A DNA stretch of 64,000 bases, from positions 263,686,001-263,750,000 of the forward strand of contig OZ024741.1 in assembly GCA_964016885.1 (NCBI GenBank), read 5' to 3'. Position 1 is the stretch's first letter, and the number at the start of each line of letters is the position of its first letter. Positions 26,254 through 39,464 of this stretch are shown here, piece after piece. This DNA is from Eledone cirrhosa (lineage: Eukaryota). The notes under the pieces were generated by a model, which did not search any database, was not told where the DNA came from, and worked only from the letters and a program-made list of their open reading frames with translations. The translations under genes and the position numbers were made by a program.

Positions 26254-26656
26254 CACATATATATATATATATATACACATATATATCATCATCATCATCA
26301 TCATCATCAACGTTTAACGTCCGTGTTCCACGCTTGCATGGGTTTGGACGGGGGTAGTCCCACTTGAGGCAAGAGTGATTTTCTTGCTCGCATAGGACTG
26401 TCTGGCAGGTTTTCTACAGTTGGATGCCCTTCCTAACACCAACCACATTTACAGTGTGGGTCTGGGAGGTTTTTACCGTGTTGCCTACACGGCCACATTA
26501 CAGCGTGGACTGTGTGTTTTTTTGTCGTGACACCTACACGATCTCATTTGTTTCGGCCTGGATGGCGCGGCACCAACATAACTTTACATAGAACGGGGTG
26601 GTGTGGATGGGGTGGGGGGGGGGGGGGGGGGGGGTGGCGGGACGGGGTGTATTTTG

Positions 26657-29518
26657 TTAGAGATGCCTACTGGCAAGGCGGGTCTTCTCTATTACTGAGT
26701 ACCGCCAAAGGTCTCGGTCCAGTGACATTGTCTTGGTGAGGTGTAAGTGTGTGAGGTCGGTGTTTATCAGCTCGTCCCAGGTTTTTCTGGGTCTGCCTAT
26801 TCCGTGGCTACCGTCTATCTTTATTGCCCTGCACTTTGTTATACAGCTATCATCCTTCATGCGCATCACGTGACCATACCAACGTAGCCTTCTCTCTAGT
26901 AAACAACATCTGATCCCTCTTATTTCTAATTTTTTCCTTAGTTCGTTTATGCTTTGTCGTTCACGTATATTACTATTACACATCCAGCGGAGCATGCAAG
27001 CTTCGTTTCTCTCTAGTCTGCGTATATCCTCTGCACACAATGCCCTGGTCTCACTGCCATGCAACATTGCTGTTTGTATGCAGGCATCGTACAGCCTGCC
27101 TTTCATTTTTAGGGAGAACCCTTTAGCGGCTAATAGTGGTATAAGCTCTCTGAACTTTTTCCACCCAGTTCTGACTCTAGCTACTGTACTTTCAGAGCAC
27201 CCTTCCCCACTGCTGATTTTGTCACCCAGGTAACGGAAGCTGTCCACTATTTCTATAGAACCCTCTGCGCAGTTGAAAGAGCTAGTATTTTGTGGGCACT
27301 TGCTGCTACTTATATCCCCAGAACACCGGCCACATGTAAAATCTATGTTCTTAGTTAGCTTACCTGTGATCCCACTACATCTTTTATGCACCCAAACTTT
27401 GCATTTGGGACACAAAATGGAATTTCTACCTACGCCTTTCCTACACTCTGTGCATGGCCACTTCCCGGAGGGGACCGCCGCCTTATTTTCTTTCTTACAA
27501 ACTAGAACTTTAGTCTTAGCTAGGTTAATTTTAAGGCCTTTTGATTCTAGGCCGTGCTTCCATGTTTGGAATTTCTTCTCTAGCTCGGCCATTGATTCAG
27601 CTATGAGCGTTAGATCATCTGTGTATAGGAGTTCCCATGGGCAGCCGGTCTTGAACTCCACTGTTATAGCCTGGAGGGCAATAATAAATAGTAGGGGGCT
27701 AAGAACAGAGCCCTGATGAACACCAACTTTTACACTAAACTCTTCACTATATTCGTTGTTAATTCTAACCTTGCTAACTGTTTCTTTATACATGGCTTGT
27801 ATAGCTCTCACAAGCCATTCATCAACACCTAGTTTTCTAAGAGCCCACCAGATAATGGAACGGGGGACTCTGTCGAAGGCCTTCTCCAAGTCGACGAAAG
27901 CTAAGTATAGGGGTTTACTTTTAGCTAGGTACTTCTCCTGTAGTTGTCGTACAATGAAAAGAGCGTCTGTGGTACTTTTTCCTGACACAAACCCGAACTG
28001 CATTTCATCTAGATCAATTCGCTCTCTGATTAGTTGCGCTATTACTTTTTCCGTGACCTTCATGACCTGGTCGATTAATTTAATGCCTCTATAGTTACTC
28101 CTATCTAGGGCATCTCCGTTACCCTTATAACAGTTAACGATAATGCTGCTGCGCCAGTCCTTCGGAACAACCCCATTCTGTATGACTTGGTTGACTATCC
28201 GGGTGACCATGGTGTGTCCCACCGTACCAGATGCCTTCAGCATCTCGGCAACTATTTCCGAAGGCCCAGCCGCCTTGCCTGTCTTCATATCTTTGATTGC
28301 CTTACTTATTATACTACCCTCGACTAACACTGCTGGTCCCTCTATTGGGTCGATGTGGGGGAGACTGTCTTTCTCCCATTTATTCTCCTCATTTAGTAGC
28401 CTTTCATAGTGACACTTCCAAGCTACCTTCTTATCGGCGTCGGTGATGGCAAGTATGCCGTCATCGTTAAGTACACACTTCTCCCCGACAATATCACTGT
28501 TTTCCTTGACACATTGCCTAGCAATCCTGAACACCTCACGTTTTTGGTCATCGCGTTGTAGAACATGCTTGAACTTTCTTTCCTCTGCTTCCCTTCTTGC
28601 GAAGTACACTTGTCTCCTAGCTTCCCTCCTGGCCACTTGATAGTCTTCTCTGCTTCCCCCATCCCGCCATACTTTCCAAGCCTGCTTTTTGGCCTTAATT
28701 GACCCCTCCACCTTACTGTTCCACCACCATGTTACTCTCCTCCTGCCTACAGGCCTGCTCCAGCCACAGACTTCGTCTGCCGCCGTCAGCAGGTTTGCTT
28801 TCAGGAATTCCCACTGTTCCTCTACCTTGTACGTCTCTAATTTCTCTTCCTCACTGTCGAAAGCATCAAGTAATATGCTTTGGAATTTATTTTTGGCTGT
28901 GGGATCCTTTAGCTTCCATATTTTTCTCCTGAGGATAGTCCTCTTCTGTTGTCTAGTACGTCTCGTCCTGACTATTAGGTCGCTAATTATCAGTCTATGT
29001 TGGGAAGTGCATTCTTCATGGGGGAGGGATTTAGTGTTTACGACAGTCACTTTGTCACGTCTTCTGGTAAGGATATAATCTACCTGGCTAGTATGTTCCC
29101 CTGATCTGTAGGTGATCAAGTGATTGTCTCGTTTTTTGAAGTTAGTGTTGCAGATAGTTAGGTTATTTGCGTCGCAGAATTCCAGGATTCTCGAGCCTTC
29201 CTCATTTCTAGTACCAAACCCATAGCCTCCATGGATTTCGTCGTAGCCGTCACAATGTTGTCCAACGTGACCGTTTAGGTCGCCTGCAATAAGTATATAG
29301 TCACTGTCGGTTATTTGGGAGGTAGTGAGCATCAGTGTCTCATAGAATCTGTCTTTTATGGTGCCGGGCAGTCCGGATTGGGGTGCGTACGCGGATATTA
29401 CTGTCACCGTAGTTCTATTGAGGACAAGTCTTATTTTAATTATTCTGTCGTTCACTCTATTTACGTCTATTATCTTATCTGCCCACTTTTCTGCTACCAT
29501 GATTCCTACTCCACCCAT
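26657..29518 (-). CDS. RTE ORF2 main segment (953 aa): partial APE endonuclease, RT (YTDD), PHD-type finger, C-terminal domain
   Basis: ORF track; motifs as above; the ATG is created by the duplication junction. Confidence 0.92.
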   Translation of the reverse strand: MGGVGIMVAEKWADKIIDVNRVNDRIIKIRLVLNRTTVTVISAYAPQSGLPGTIKDRFYETLMLTTSQITDSDYILIAGDLNGHVGQHCDGYDEIHGGYGFGTRNEEGSRILEFCDANNLTICNTNFKKRDNHLITYRSGEHTSQVDYILTRRRDKVTVVNTKSLPHEECTSQHRLIISDLIVRTRRTRQQKRTILRRKIWKLKDPTAKNKFQSILLDAFDSEEEKLETYKVEEQWEFLKANLLTAADEVCGWSRPVGRRRVTWWWNSKVEGSIKAKKQAWKVWRDGGSREDYQVARREARRQVYFARREAEERKFKHVLQRDDQKREVFRIARQCVKENSDIVGEKCVLNDDGILAITDADKKVAWKCHYERLLNEENKWEKDSLPHIDPIEGPAVLVEGSIISKAIKDMKTGKAAGPSEIVAEMLKASGTVGHTMVTRIVNQVIQNGVVPKDWRSSIIVNCYKGNGDALDRSNYRGIKLIDQVMKVTEKVIAQLIRERIDLDEMQFGFVSGKSTTDALFIVRQLQEKYLAKSKPLYLAFVDLEKAFDRVPRSIIWWALRKLGVDEWLVRAIQAMYKETVSKVRINNEYSEEFSVKVGVHQGSVLSPLLFIIALQAITVEFKTGCPWELLYTDDLTLIAESMAELEKKFQTWKHGLESKGLKINLAKTKVLVCKKENKAAVPSGKWPCTECRKGVGRNSILCPKCKVWVHKRCSGITGKLTKNIDFTCGRCSGDISSSKCPQNTSSFNCAEGSIEIVDSFRYLGDKISSGEGCSESTVARVRTGWKKFRELIPLLAAKGFSLKMKGRLYDACIQTAMLHGSETRALCAEDIRRLERNEACMLRWMCNSNIRERQSINELRKKLEIRGIRCCLLERRLRWYGHVMRMKDDSCITKCRAIKIDGSHGIGRPRKTWDELINTDLTHLHLTKTMSLDRDLWRYSVIEKTRLASRHL

Positions 29519-30079
29519 TCGTCGTAGCCGTCACAATGTTGTCCAACGTGACCGTTTAGGTCGCCTGCAATAAGTATATAGTCACTGTCGGTTATTTGGG
29601 AGGTAGTGAGCATCAGTGTCTCATAGAATCTGTCTTTTATGGTGCCGGGCAGTCCGGATTGGGGTGCGTACGCGGATATTACTGTCACCGTAGTTCTATT
29701 GAGGACAAGTCTTATTTTAATTATTCTGTCGTTCACTCTATTTACGTCTATTATCTTATCTGCCCACTTTTCTGCTACCATGATTCCTACTCCACCCATT
29801 CGTCGTAGCCGTCACAATGTTGTCCAACGTGACCGTTTAGGTCGCCTGCAATAATTATATAGTCACTGTCGGTTATTTGGGAGGTAGTGAGCATCAGTGT
29901 CTCATAGAATCTGTCTTTTATGGTGCCGGGCAGTCCGGATTGGGGTGCGTACGCGGATATTACTGTCACCGTAGTTCTATTGAGGACAAGTCTTATTTTA
30001 ATTATTCTGTCGTTCACTCTATTTACGTCTATTATCTTATCTGCCCATTTTTCTGCTACCATGATTCCTACTCCACCCA
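29237..30079. repeat. 281-bp tandem triplication inside the endonuclease coding region
   Basis: Units start at 29237, 29518 and 29799 (TTCGTCGTAGCC) and end CCACCCA. Confidence 0.97.
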
Positions 30080-30401
30080 GCCCATTGTCGTTTCCCACCC
30101 AGAAAAGCTTATAGCATCGTTTTCTACCCACAATGTATCTAGCAGATCCACCCCTCCACCTGGTCTCTTGGATACAACAAACATCGACCTCCTTACGTTC
30201 AAGCATTTCTACAACCTCGTTAGAGCGACCCTTTAAGGTGCCTACATTCAAGGTACCAAATCTGAAGTTTTGGATTGCGTTTGGGGGGTTGGAAAGATGG
30301 GGAACGGGGGGAGATGGGGTTATGTTAGCCATCCGCGGCCGAAACAAAGAGGCATGCTCGCATTTTCGTCCTCGAGGTGTGATTGTCTTTAACTTTGGCA
30401 T
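29787..30401 (-). pseudogene. RTE ORF2 N-terminal APE segment, frameshifted off the main ORF
   Basis: NFRFGTLNVGTL..CCIQETRW..; runs into a stop (GYDEWVE*) at the duplication junction. Confidence 0.88.
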
Positions 30402-32039
30402 TGTCGCTGGCGAACAAAATTTCATGTGGTATTTGGTTATGGCTCTTTACATTCTGAGTTCAAATCCAAATCCTCCCCTAAGTCAACTTTAACACTTTTG
30501 CTACCATATTTCTCATGAAAGACATTGCGTACTGAAAGTTGTTAATTGTTATTTCTTTCTCATGAAAGACATTGCCTATGATTTTCAAATAAATTTTGGA
30601 AATAATCAAGAATATAACTAAATATCTCACTTTAAAACAAACAGTTTTGTATCATAGAATCAGCAGCACTTTCTGGTGGTTTGCTATGAAAAGAGTTAAA
30701 AGAGCAAATTGGTAGAGTATTGGATAAATGCCTTGCAGTATTTGTTCTGGCTCTCAGTGATCAAATCCTGCCAAAGTCTATTTTTCCTTTTATCCTTTTT
30801 GAATTGATAAATCTTGAATGATAGATTTAATCCATCATCGAACAGTTTAACGTCATCACATGGTGGTACTTTGGATGTCTTTAGCAGCGTCCACCCTATT
30901 GCCAGCCTTCAGCTGATGTCTCCTTAGCATTTATATTACTCTATAATAATTATTGTATTTTTGCATAATCATCCCAAATAGCATTTACATTATTCTATAT
31001 TTACTATTGTATTTTCGCAGTAAAGGTTTTACTTCACATATTTACCTCTGTGCTCTGAGTTCAAATCCTGCTGAGGTCAACTTTGCTTTTCGACCTTTTG
31101 AGGTCAATAATAAAGTACCAGTCTCTTACTGGAGTCTATTCTTTCTCTATATCTCTTCCTTACTTTCTGTCGCCTGTTCAGACCTGGAGAGAGATGGGCT
31201 CTGCCAGCTTTAAAATGTGCAAGACATGTCTTATGTCACTATGGCACCCCTATGATCCTATCAGGAGTTACAGGTCCACACACACATACATTGTAGAATA
31301 AAGGGTGATTTTGAATGTAAGGATTCAAAATATATACTGCAAGGCATTTTGTTTAACACTCCATTGCTTCTGCTAATTCAACTCCTACCTGAGTTTAAAT
31401 AATTTAATCATTTAATTACCTACCCAGCCAAATCTGGCTCTGGTTCTATGAAACAAAACCACCCATTTTAAAAGTTTCCTATTTAAATTAAAGTCTTCAA
31501 ACATAATTTTATATAAGTACCTTACATTAAGTTACTATCTTAATAATCTAAGTAAATCTATCGAAATTCTTAATTAATATAGAGGGCATTTCATTAGAAA
31601 TGCAGTCATGAAAGGGTTACTGTTTTCTATTTACCATTGTATCATGCAGTATGTACTTATGCTAGAGTTTCTTTAAGCAAGGTGTTCAGTTTGTTGTTCA
31701 ATTCACCATATCTGTTCTCTTCCTTATCTATCTCATGAATGACACACCCTCTGTCACTCCTCCTCTCCCTGTCTCTCTTTCTGTATCATGTGTGGTGACC
31801 ACCACTAATGATAAATCTCTACTTCACTATATATATATAAATCAATGTCTCCTTTCATGACACTAAGGCATGATTAGTCATACATAAGTAGTGATAAAAA
31901 CCAACCAACCAACCAACCAACATTAACAGTTATAACTTCTAATATAACTTCTTTCTTTTTCCTTCTTTCTTTTTCCTTCTTTCTTCCTTCATTCATCTGT
32001 TTTCTATGGTCTTTTGATTTTCTATATTTGATTTCTCAT

Positions 32040-32075
<36 letters not shown>

Positions 32076-32155
32076 GGTAAACAGAAATAGCAAAGCAAAT
32101 GACACACTACATTGAAGAAATATATTAGTTTAACACTTGAAATAGCATGAAAAGG

Positions 32156-32193
32156 ATCTTAACGTTTTGGACACTAGTCGTTCATCAGAAGAT
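32156..32193 (-). ncRNA. Decayed minimal hammerhead-like motif
   Basis: Minus strand AUCUU-CUGAUGA-ACGAC UAGU GUCC-AAAACGUU-AAGAU; G12 appears mutated to A. Confidence 0.5.
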
Positions 32194-32299
32194 GGAAATA
32201 GATGAAGAGGAAGGAATGTGGAAAAAATTAAGAATGGAGGTGGGGGGGGGGGGGGTTCACGTGTGTATTCAGTTAGCCATTTTGATATATATATGTGTA

Positions 32300-32358
<59 letters not shown>

Positions 32359-32729
32359 ATATATAGAGAGAGAGAATTACTCGACAGAGTAATTGATACT
32401 TAGGATAGAGTATGGCTATATTGTAAAGAGTCGATGAGCCAATGGCTGAACTCTGTTGAGACGGCAAGAGCTCAGCCATTAGGTGCTGACTCTTTAGCAT
32501 GCATGCATACAGACACGGACGGACGCACAGGGACGGACGCACGGAGACAGACGCACAGACAGGTGCACGCGCGGACAGACAGCCAGACAGGGTGGGGGTG
32601 AAGGATGGGTTAACCCAGAAACAATGTTCTTTCATTGCAGGCTTCTAATATAATCTCTTCTACCCTCTTTTTTTCTTCCTCTATACATCTGTTGTGTAAG
32701 TTCTGGTTTTTTTTTTTTTTTTAATAATT

Positions 32730-32785
<56 letters not shown>

Positions 32786-34455
32786 TCGTTTAACATCTAT
32801 CTTCCACGATAGCATATATTTACATACATAGAGAGAGAGAGGACTGGGTTTTTAAACCCCCAAAACATGCCTCTTTCATTGGTATTTAGACATCAGCTAT
32901 GTATGTAATTATCTCTGCCTGTCTGTGCGTGTGCATGCATGCAGGTATGGATGTCATTGCATGTGTGGATTTATGTTTTGAGTTATATGTGTACATAGTT
33001 GTTTTTATATCTGTATGTATTTGGGTGTGTGTGACTTATCACACTGAACCCGTATTGGGTGTGTATGGCCTTATTTTTATGTTAAGTCATGAAAAGTAAT
33101 CTGGGTGTGTTGTTGTACTGAACACATTTAATATATACATTTACACACACATTCAGTCCCCCCCCCCCCCTTACACACACACTTTTACATGGGCATACAG
33201 TTTTACACACACACAAACCCACAGTTTTATACTCTCACGCACACACATACACAGTTTTACACACACATACAGTTTTACACACACACACACACACACTCAG
33301 TTTTATATAACACTGTGATAAAGTTTAATTATAATGAATGTAGCGTAGAAGATGGACGTTAAACGAAGATGATGATGTAACTTCTAAATGGTTTACCATC
33401 ATATTTTGTATCAAATTTTGTGGTAATTTCCTCTTTTGATTTGTATCAGGAAGGGCTGTGAAGGAGTTTACTCACAACTATGGCACTCCACCTCCACCAT
33501 CCCCCACTTACGTCAAGTTTGTCTCACCCAATCCTCTAACAATTCTGTCACTCTACTTTGCCTTGAAAAGGTATTTTATTTTATTGATTTTGAAAGAAAG
33601 GCAGTGTTGACCCCGGCAAGATTTGAACTCCGAAGTGCAGAAAACTGGAAGAAATACCATAAGGCATTTTGTCCTATACTCTAACAACTCTGCCAATTCA
33701 CCACTACCACAACCATCATCATCATCATGGTTTTTACGTCCACTTTTCCATGCTTACATGAGTTGGACAGGTCCTTCTAAGCATGGCATCTCTCCACTTG
33801 TCACAATCCTTCGTCATCTCCTCTTCCAGTCTTAGCGATTTGCTGTATTGAAATATTTGAAACGGGAAGTAAATTTTTAACTGATTTTGAAACTGTTATG
33901 TGACATGCACAAACAGGAGACTTGACTGTTTGGCAAGGATGTATGTGGGCTGCAGTATTTAAATTATGCAATATACTGGTGATTATCAAGAAGCTCATTG
34001 CAACTGTTAATCTGTGGTCACAGATGCTTAATAAGTGCTGCATATTTAATATCTAGTTACAGGTATTTCTATGGAAGGCTTGGATAGAAACCATAAATTG
34101 CATATTATCATGTATTCTGGTATATTCTGGCAGCTGCCGAGATGGCTTTTAATAGCCGAGCTGCGTGCCATATTCCACCTGTATTTCTTAATACATAAAT
34201 GCAAATAGATAATACTGTCTTTGTAGAATTTGTTACATTTTTTTCACATTCAATAGAGTTTACTGTGTAAGCTCACTGAAACACTTGGCAATATTTCTCT
34301 TCAGGCTATGCCATTGTGTATATTCTGTCTGGGTAAGGGGCCTATATTTTGACAGATAGCTTCTTGTTAAGGCCTATCTTTGGTTAGGGTGGTAGATCCA
34401 ACAATAATTTTGCAGTGAGATGTTTGTAATTCTTTTTCAAATGTTTCCGTTCTAG

Positions 34456-34491
<36 letters not shown>

Positions 34492-35591
34492 TTCTTTTTA
34501 TTATTTCGAAAAGTTTCTGTATGGTTTTCCCCCCACCCCCACAGACACTCTTGGGGTGAAGTGGGGGGCGAGGTGGGTTTTAAAGGTGAATTGGCAACTG
34601 CTTGGGGAGATTCATTCATTAAAGTAGGATATGTTATATCAGCACCTTTCTCTCTCTATCTCTCCCTCTCACACATACAAACACAGGTAGACATAGAAAG
34701 AGAGATTGACAGACAGGCAGCCGGATCCCCCCCACCCAATCTACTGAAAAAACATGTCAAGTAGTTTTGTAAGTCATACACAGAAAGTATAGCTCATCAG
34801 ATAGGTAGGTTAAAGATAAAGTTGACCTCCATAACTAGGTCTTAAAATACCTTTTCAGTATCAGAGTGTAAAGAGGGGTTGTGGTGGGGGGTGGGAGGTG
34901 GAGAGAAATAGTTTCTTCAATATGGTATGAGACTGTTTGTGAATGTCATATATGTATATCATCATCACCACCACCACCACCACCACCACCATCATTTTTC
35001 CTTTCTAGCAAGGGTTGGCCTGGGTCTTCACAGCTGAGTCAGTTCTTTAGTGGGTCTACTGACCTCCCAGACAGGTCGGGAACTCACATCCCACATCCAG
35101 CCCCATGCTCTACTGAGTGAATTTTTTCGAGGCACCAGCAGGAGTTTGCCATGTCTTTGACAAAACTGATGAGGCCTCCTAACCCTTTGTTTGCAAGCTT
35201 TCTATGACTGGATGCCCTTTCAATCACCAACCATGCTACAGTATGTACTGGGAGTGCTCACTATATTAATCACCAACATTAAAGAGGTCAGTTATTGCCA
35301 CAACTGAAGAGACCTGCAAATTTGTGCGCGCGCGCGCACACACACACACACACTAGTTGTATGTTGAGAAATTTACTATAAGGTATTTACTACCTACAAT
35401 GTTCTTATTGTGAGTGTGTCTTACCTGGAGAATGCTCTTAAGTCAGACAATTAGATGAGTGTATATGTTATGTGTATATTCACTTTATAACAGAAAGATT
35501 TCTTTATTAGCCACAGGGGTTAAAAACATTAAAGACAGTACAACTATGAAGGGCAGTAGGCATTTACCTTTTTAATAATAATTATAAGAAA

Positions 35592-35890
35592 GTGTGGTGG
35601 ACTCGCAGATGTGATAGAGCATCGAATGAAATACCATTGCAGTATTTCTTTTGGCTCTTTATGTTCTGAGTTAAAATCCCAATGGGGTCAACTTTGCCTT
35701 TCATTCTTCCAGGGTCTATAAAATAAAGCACCAGTTAAAAACCGTGGTTGATTTAGTCAACTTGGCCCTTCCTTCCCAAATTTGCTGGCCTTGTGCCTAA
35801 ATTAGAAACCATTGATATAAAAAGTACCAGTCACATACTGTTAAATCAGCTTTGCTCAAATATGCTGGCCTTGGGCCTAAATTAGAAATC

Positions 35891-35895
<5 letters not shown>
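35592..35895 (+). mobile_element. Older family B SINE plus a partial second copy
   Basis: CTGAGTTAAAATCCC, CAACTTTGCCTTTCATTCTT, GCTGGCCTTGTGCCTAAATTAGAAACC. Confidence 0.75.
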
Positions 35896-35924
<29 letters not shown>

Positions 35925-36327
35925 TATTTTTGATTAATTTAAATAGCCTCATATTTTTTTTATTTTAGGGGAAATATTTCATTTCTTAGAATTTTTCCAG
36001 TGACTGTCTTAACAAGGGGAACAGTTGTAAACATATTGATCAAACAAAAAAGAAATATTACATAAAAATAAAAGACGAAAAATACAAGGAAAAAAAATCC
36101 CAACAAATATCAGAATAAAAATAGAACGTGTTTTGCATCTTCATGCTAGCATGCCTGGATGTTACTGCTGCTGCTGTTGCCGTCACTGCAATTTACTGCA
36201 TAGATAATGCAAGTTATTTCAATAATAGTGCATTCAACTTATAATAGTTGCAATTTTTGCTCCCCCCCCCCCTCTCTTTTTTTCACTTTTGTTTCCTGAA
36301 TGAAAATAGTTTTGAGATTCTTTAGCG

Positions 36328-36545
<218 letters not shown>

Positions 36546-36799
36546 GGGATGTCTGTGTGTCTCTATATTTCTGTGTGATGCTTGTATAGATTTAAAAAAA
36601 TAACATAACGCTCATTGTGTGCCTCATTCCTGAAGTAAAAATTATGAAATTTTTAAAGATCAACACACATTGTACTGCACGTGTGTGCTCACACACAAAG
36701 TATGTATGTTTATCTATATACACATAGAATGTTGATTCCTTACACAATAAATGTGCATATGTGGCTGTGTACTTATGCATGTGTGACTGTATATCTGCC

Positions 36800-37400
36800 A
36801 TCATCATCATCATCATCATCATGTCCTTTCATGCTTGAATGGGTTGACTAGATCTTCCCCCAACAGTGTCTACCCACTTGTTGTAGTCCACTGCCATCTG
36901 ATTCGTGATGTCCAGTTTCTTAAGATCAGTCTCATGTCTTTGGTCTCCCTCATCTACACTTCCCTTCCATTTTGTTCACTTGCTACTTCTCAACCCAAAC
37001 TGTTGTCCTTTATATATATATATATCACATGTCCCAACCACTTATACACTTCCTCTCAAAACCCATTTTGTTTCTTTCTGTTCATTTCTCCTCTATTGTT
37101 CTCGTTGACTTACATTAAACACCCATCAAAGCAGTCTTGCCTAATTTCTTTCCAGCTATTGCATACAATTCCCATATACCTATCTTGCTTTGATATACAA
37201 GTGTCATACAATCTACCTTTCACTCAAAGAGAGAATGTCTTTGTTGCCAGCAGAGATATCTCAACATATTTCACCCACTGCTTAGTTCAATGTTTTTCGA
37301 ACAGCTACCTCCATTACTAATTAGGTCAGGTAGGTAGTAGAAGCTATTATCTACTTTTAAGAAGCCGCCTGATCATTTGAAAGTATTTCACAGGCACTCA
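36800..37400 (-). pseudogene. Old decayed RTE 3' fragment
   Basis: Minus strand gives ISLLATKTFSL*VKGRLYDTCI, homologous to [21 protein letters not shown]; (CAT)n tail at 36800. Confidence 0.75.
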
Positions 37401-37539
37401 TCATCCTCATCATCATCATCATCACCACCACCACCATCACCGTCATAATAATAATTGTTTTAATGTCCACTTTCTCTTACTGTTAACTACTCTAGAGTAT
37501 TTACTGCATCAAAAGTCTTACATTATTGTCAGCCTGTCG

Positions 37540-39335
37540 ACAGTGGCATGACATCTGGTGTGTGTACAGTGTCACAACATCTGTTGTGTGTAGTGCCATG
37601 ACATCTGTTGTGTTTACAATGCTACAACATCTGGTGTGCGTACAGTGCCATGACATCTGGTGTGTGTACAGTGTCACAACATCTGTTGTGTGTAGTGCCA
37701 TGACATCTGTTGTGTTTACAGTGCTACGACATCTGGTGTGCGTACAGTGCCATGACATCTGGTGTGTGTACAGTGTCACAACATCTGTTGTGTGTAGTGC
37801 CATGACATCTGTTGTGTTTACAGTGCTACGACATCTGGTGTGCGTACAGTGCCATGACATCTGGTGTGTGTACAGTGTCACAACATCTGTTGTGTGTAGT
37901 GTCATGACATCTGTTGTGTGTAGTGCCATGACATCTGGTGTGGGTACAGTGTCACAACATCTGGTGTGGGTACAGTGTCACGACATCTGGTGTGGGTACA
38001 GTGTCACGACATCTGGTGTGTGTACAGTGTCGTGACATCTGGTGTGTGTACAGTGTCATGACATCTGGTGTGTGTACAGTGGCACGACATCTGGTGTGTG
38101 TACAGTGTCACGACATCTGGTGTGTGTACAGTGTCACGACATCTGGTGTGTGTACAGTGTCACGACATCTGGTGTGTGTACAGTGTCACGACATCTGGTG
38201 TGTGTACAGTGTCACAACATCTGGTGTGTGTACAGTGTCACGACATCTGGTGTGTGTACAGTGTCACGACATCTGGTGTGTGTACAGTGTCATGACATCT
38301 GTTGTGTGTACAGTGCCACGACATCTGTTGTGTGTACAGTGCCACATCTGTTGTGTGTACAGTGCCACAACATCTGTTGTGTGTACAGTGCCACATCTGT
38401 TGTGTGTATAGTGTCACGACATCTGTTGTGTATACAGTGCCATGACATCTGGTGTGTGTACAGTGTCACATCTGTTGTGTACAGTGCCACGACATCTGTT
38501 GTGTGTACAGTGCCACGACATCTGTTGTGTGTACAGTGTCATGACATCTGTTGTGTGTACAGTGTCATGACATCTGTTGTGTGTACAGTGTCATGACATG
38601 TTGTGTGTACAGTGTCATGACATCTGGTGTGTGTACAGTGTCATGACATCTGTGTGGGTACAGTGTCACATCTGTTGTGTGTACAGTGTCACATCTGTTG
38701 TGTGTACAGTGTCATGGCATCTGTTGTGTGTACAGTGTCATGACATCTGCTGTCGGTACAGTCACATCTGGTGTGTGTACAGTGTCACGACATCTGTTGT
38801 GTGTACAGTGTCACGACATCTGTTGTGTGTATAGTGTCATGACATCTGTTGTGTGTAGTGTCATGACATCTGTTGTGTGTACAGTGTCACGGCATCTGGT
38901 GTGTGTATAGTGGCATGGCATCTGGTGTGTATACAGTGTCATGACATCAGTTGTGTGTACAGTGGCACAACATCTGTTGTGTGTACAGTGTCATGACATC
39001 TGTTGTGTGTACAGTGTCATGTGTGTAGTGTCACATCTGTTGTGTGTACAGTGGCATGACATCTGTTGTGTGTACAGTGGCATGACATCTGTTGTGGGTA
39101 CAGTGTCACATCTGTTGTGTGTAGTGTCACAGCTGTTGTGTGTATAGTGTCACAACATCTTTTGTGTGTACAGTGTCACATCTTTTGTGTGTACAGTGTC
39201 ACATCTGTTGTGTGTACAGTGTCACATCTGTTGAGTGAACAGTGTCACAACATCTGTTGTGGGTACAGTGGCATGACATCTGTTGTGGGTACAGTGTCAC
39301 ATCTTATGTGTGTACAGTGTCACAACATCTGCCGT
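37540..39335. repeat. ~26-bp minisatellite (~70 copies) with a 102-bp higher-order unit at the left end
   Basis: Unit GACATCTG(G/T)TGTGTGTACAGTGTCA(C/T); the Cys-rich ORFs are repeat translations. Confidence 0.95.
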
Positions 39336-39464
39336 GGCATCTTGCATGTGCTCTCATAGTTACTTTGGGTACACCATATAGGAGTTCCTACATACTCCCT
39401 TTTCTGTACACCCAGTAGGATCCCTTTTCGTACACCCAGCAGGATCCTTTCTGTACACCCAGCA

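Larger units (their letters stand above)
26285..30410 (-). mobile_element. Near-full-length RTE-clade LINE (APE endonuclease, RT, PHD finger), 5' UTR missing
   Basis: APE motifs GTLNVGTL, CCIQETRW, SAYAPQ, AGDLNGHVG, QVDYIL, SQHRL; complete RT; 3' UTR and (GAT)n tail; abuts a SINE remnant at ~30410. Confidence 0.96.

Noticed and set aside
30402-30425. ATG at 30425 as the LINE start codon
   Set aside because: Appears to lie in the flanking SINE remnant; the native 5' UTR (and any 5' ribozyme) is absent.
37526-39359. Cys/His-rich ORFs resembling zinc fingers or metallothionein
   Set aside because: Produced by a 26-bp minisatellite with constant frame changes.
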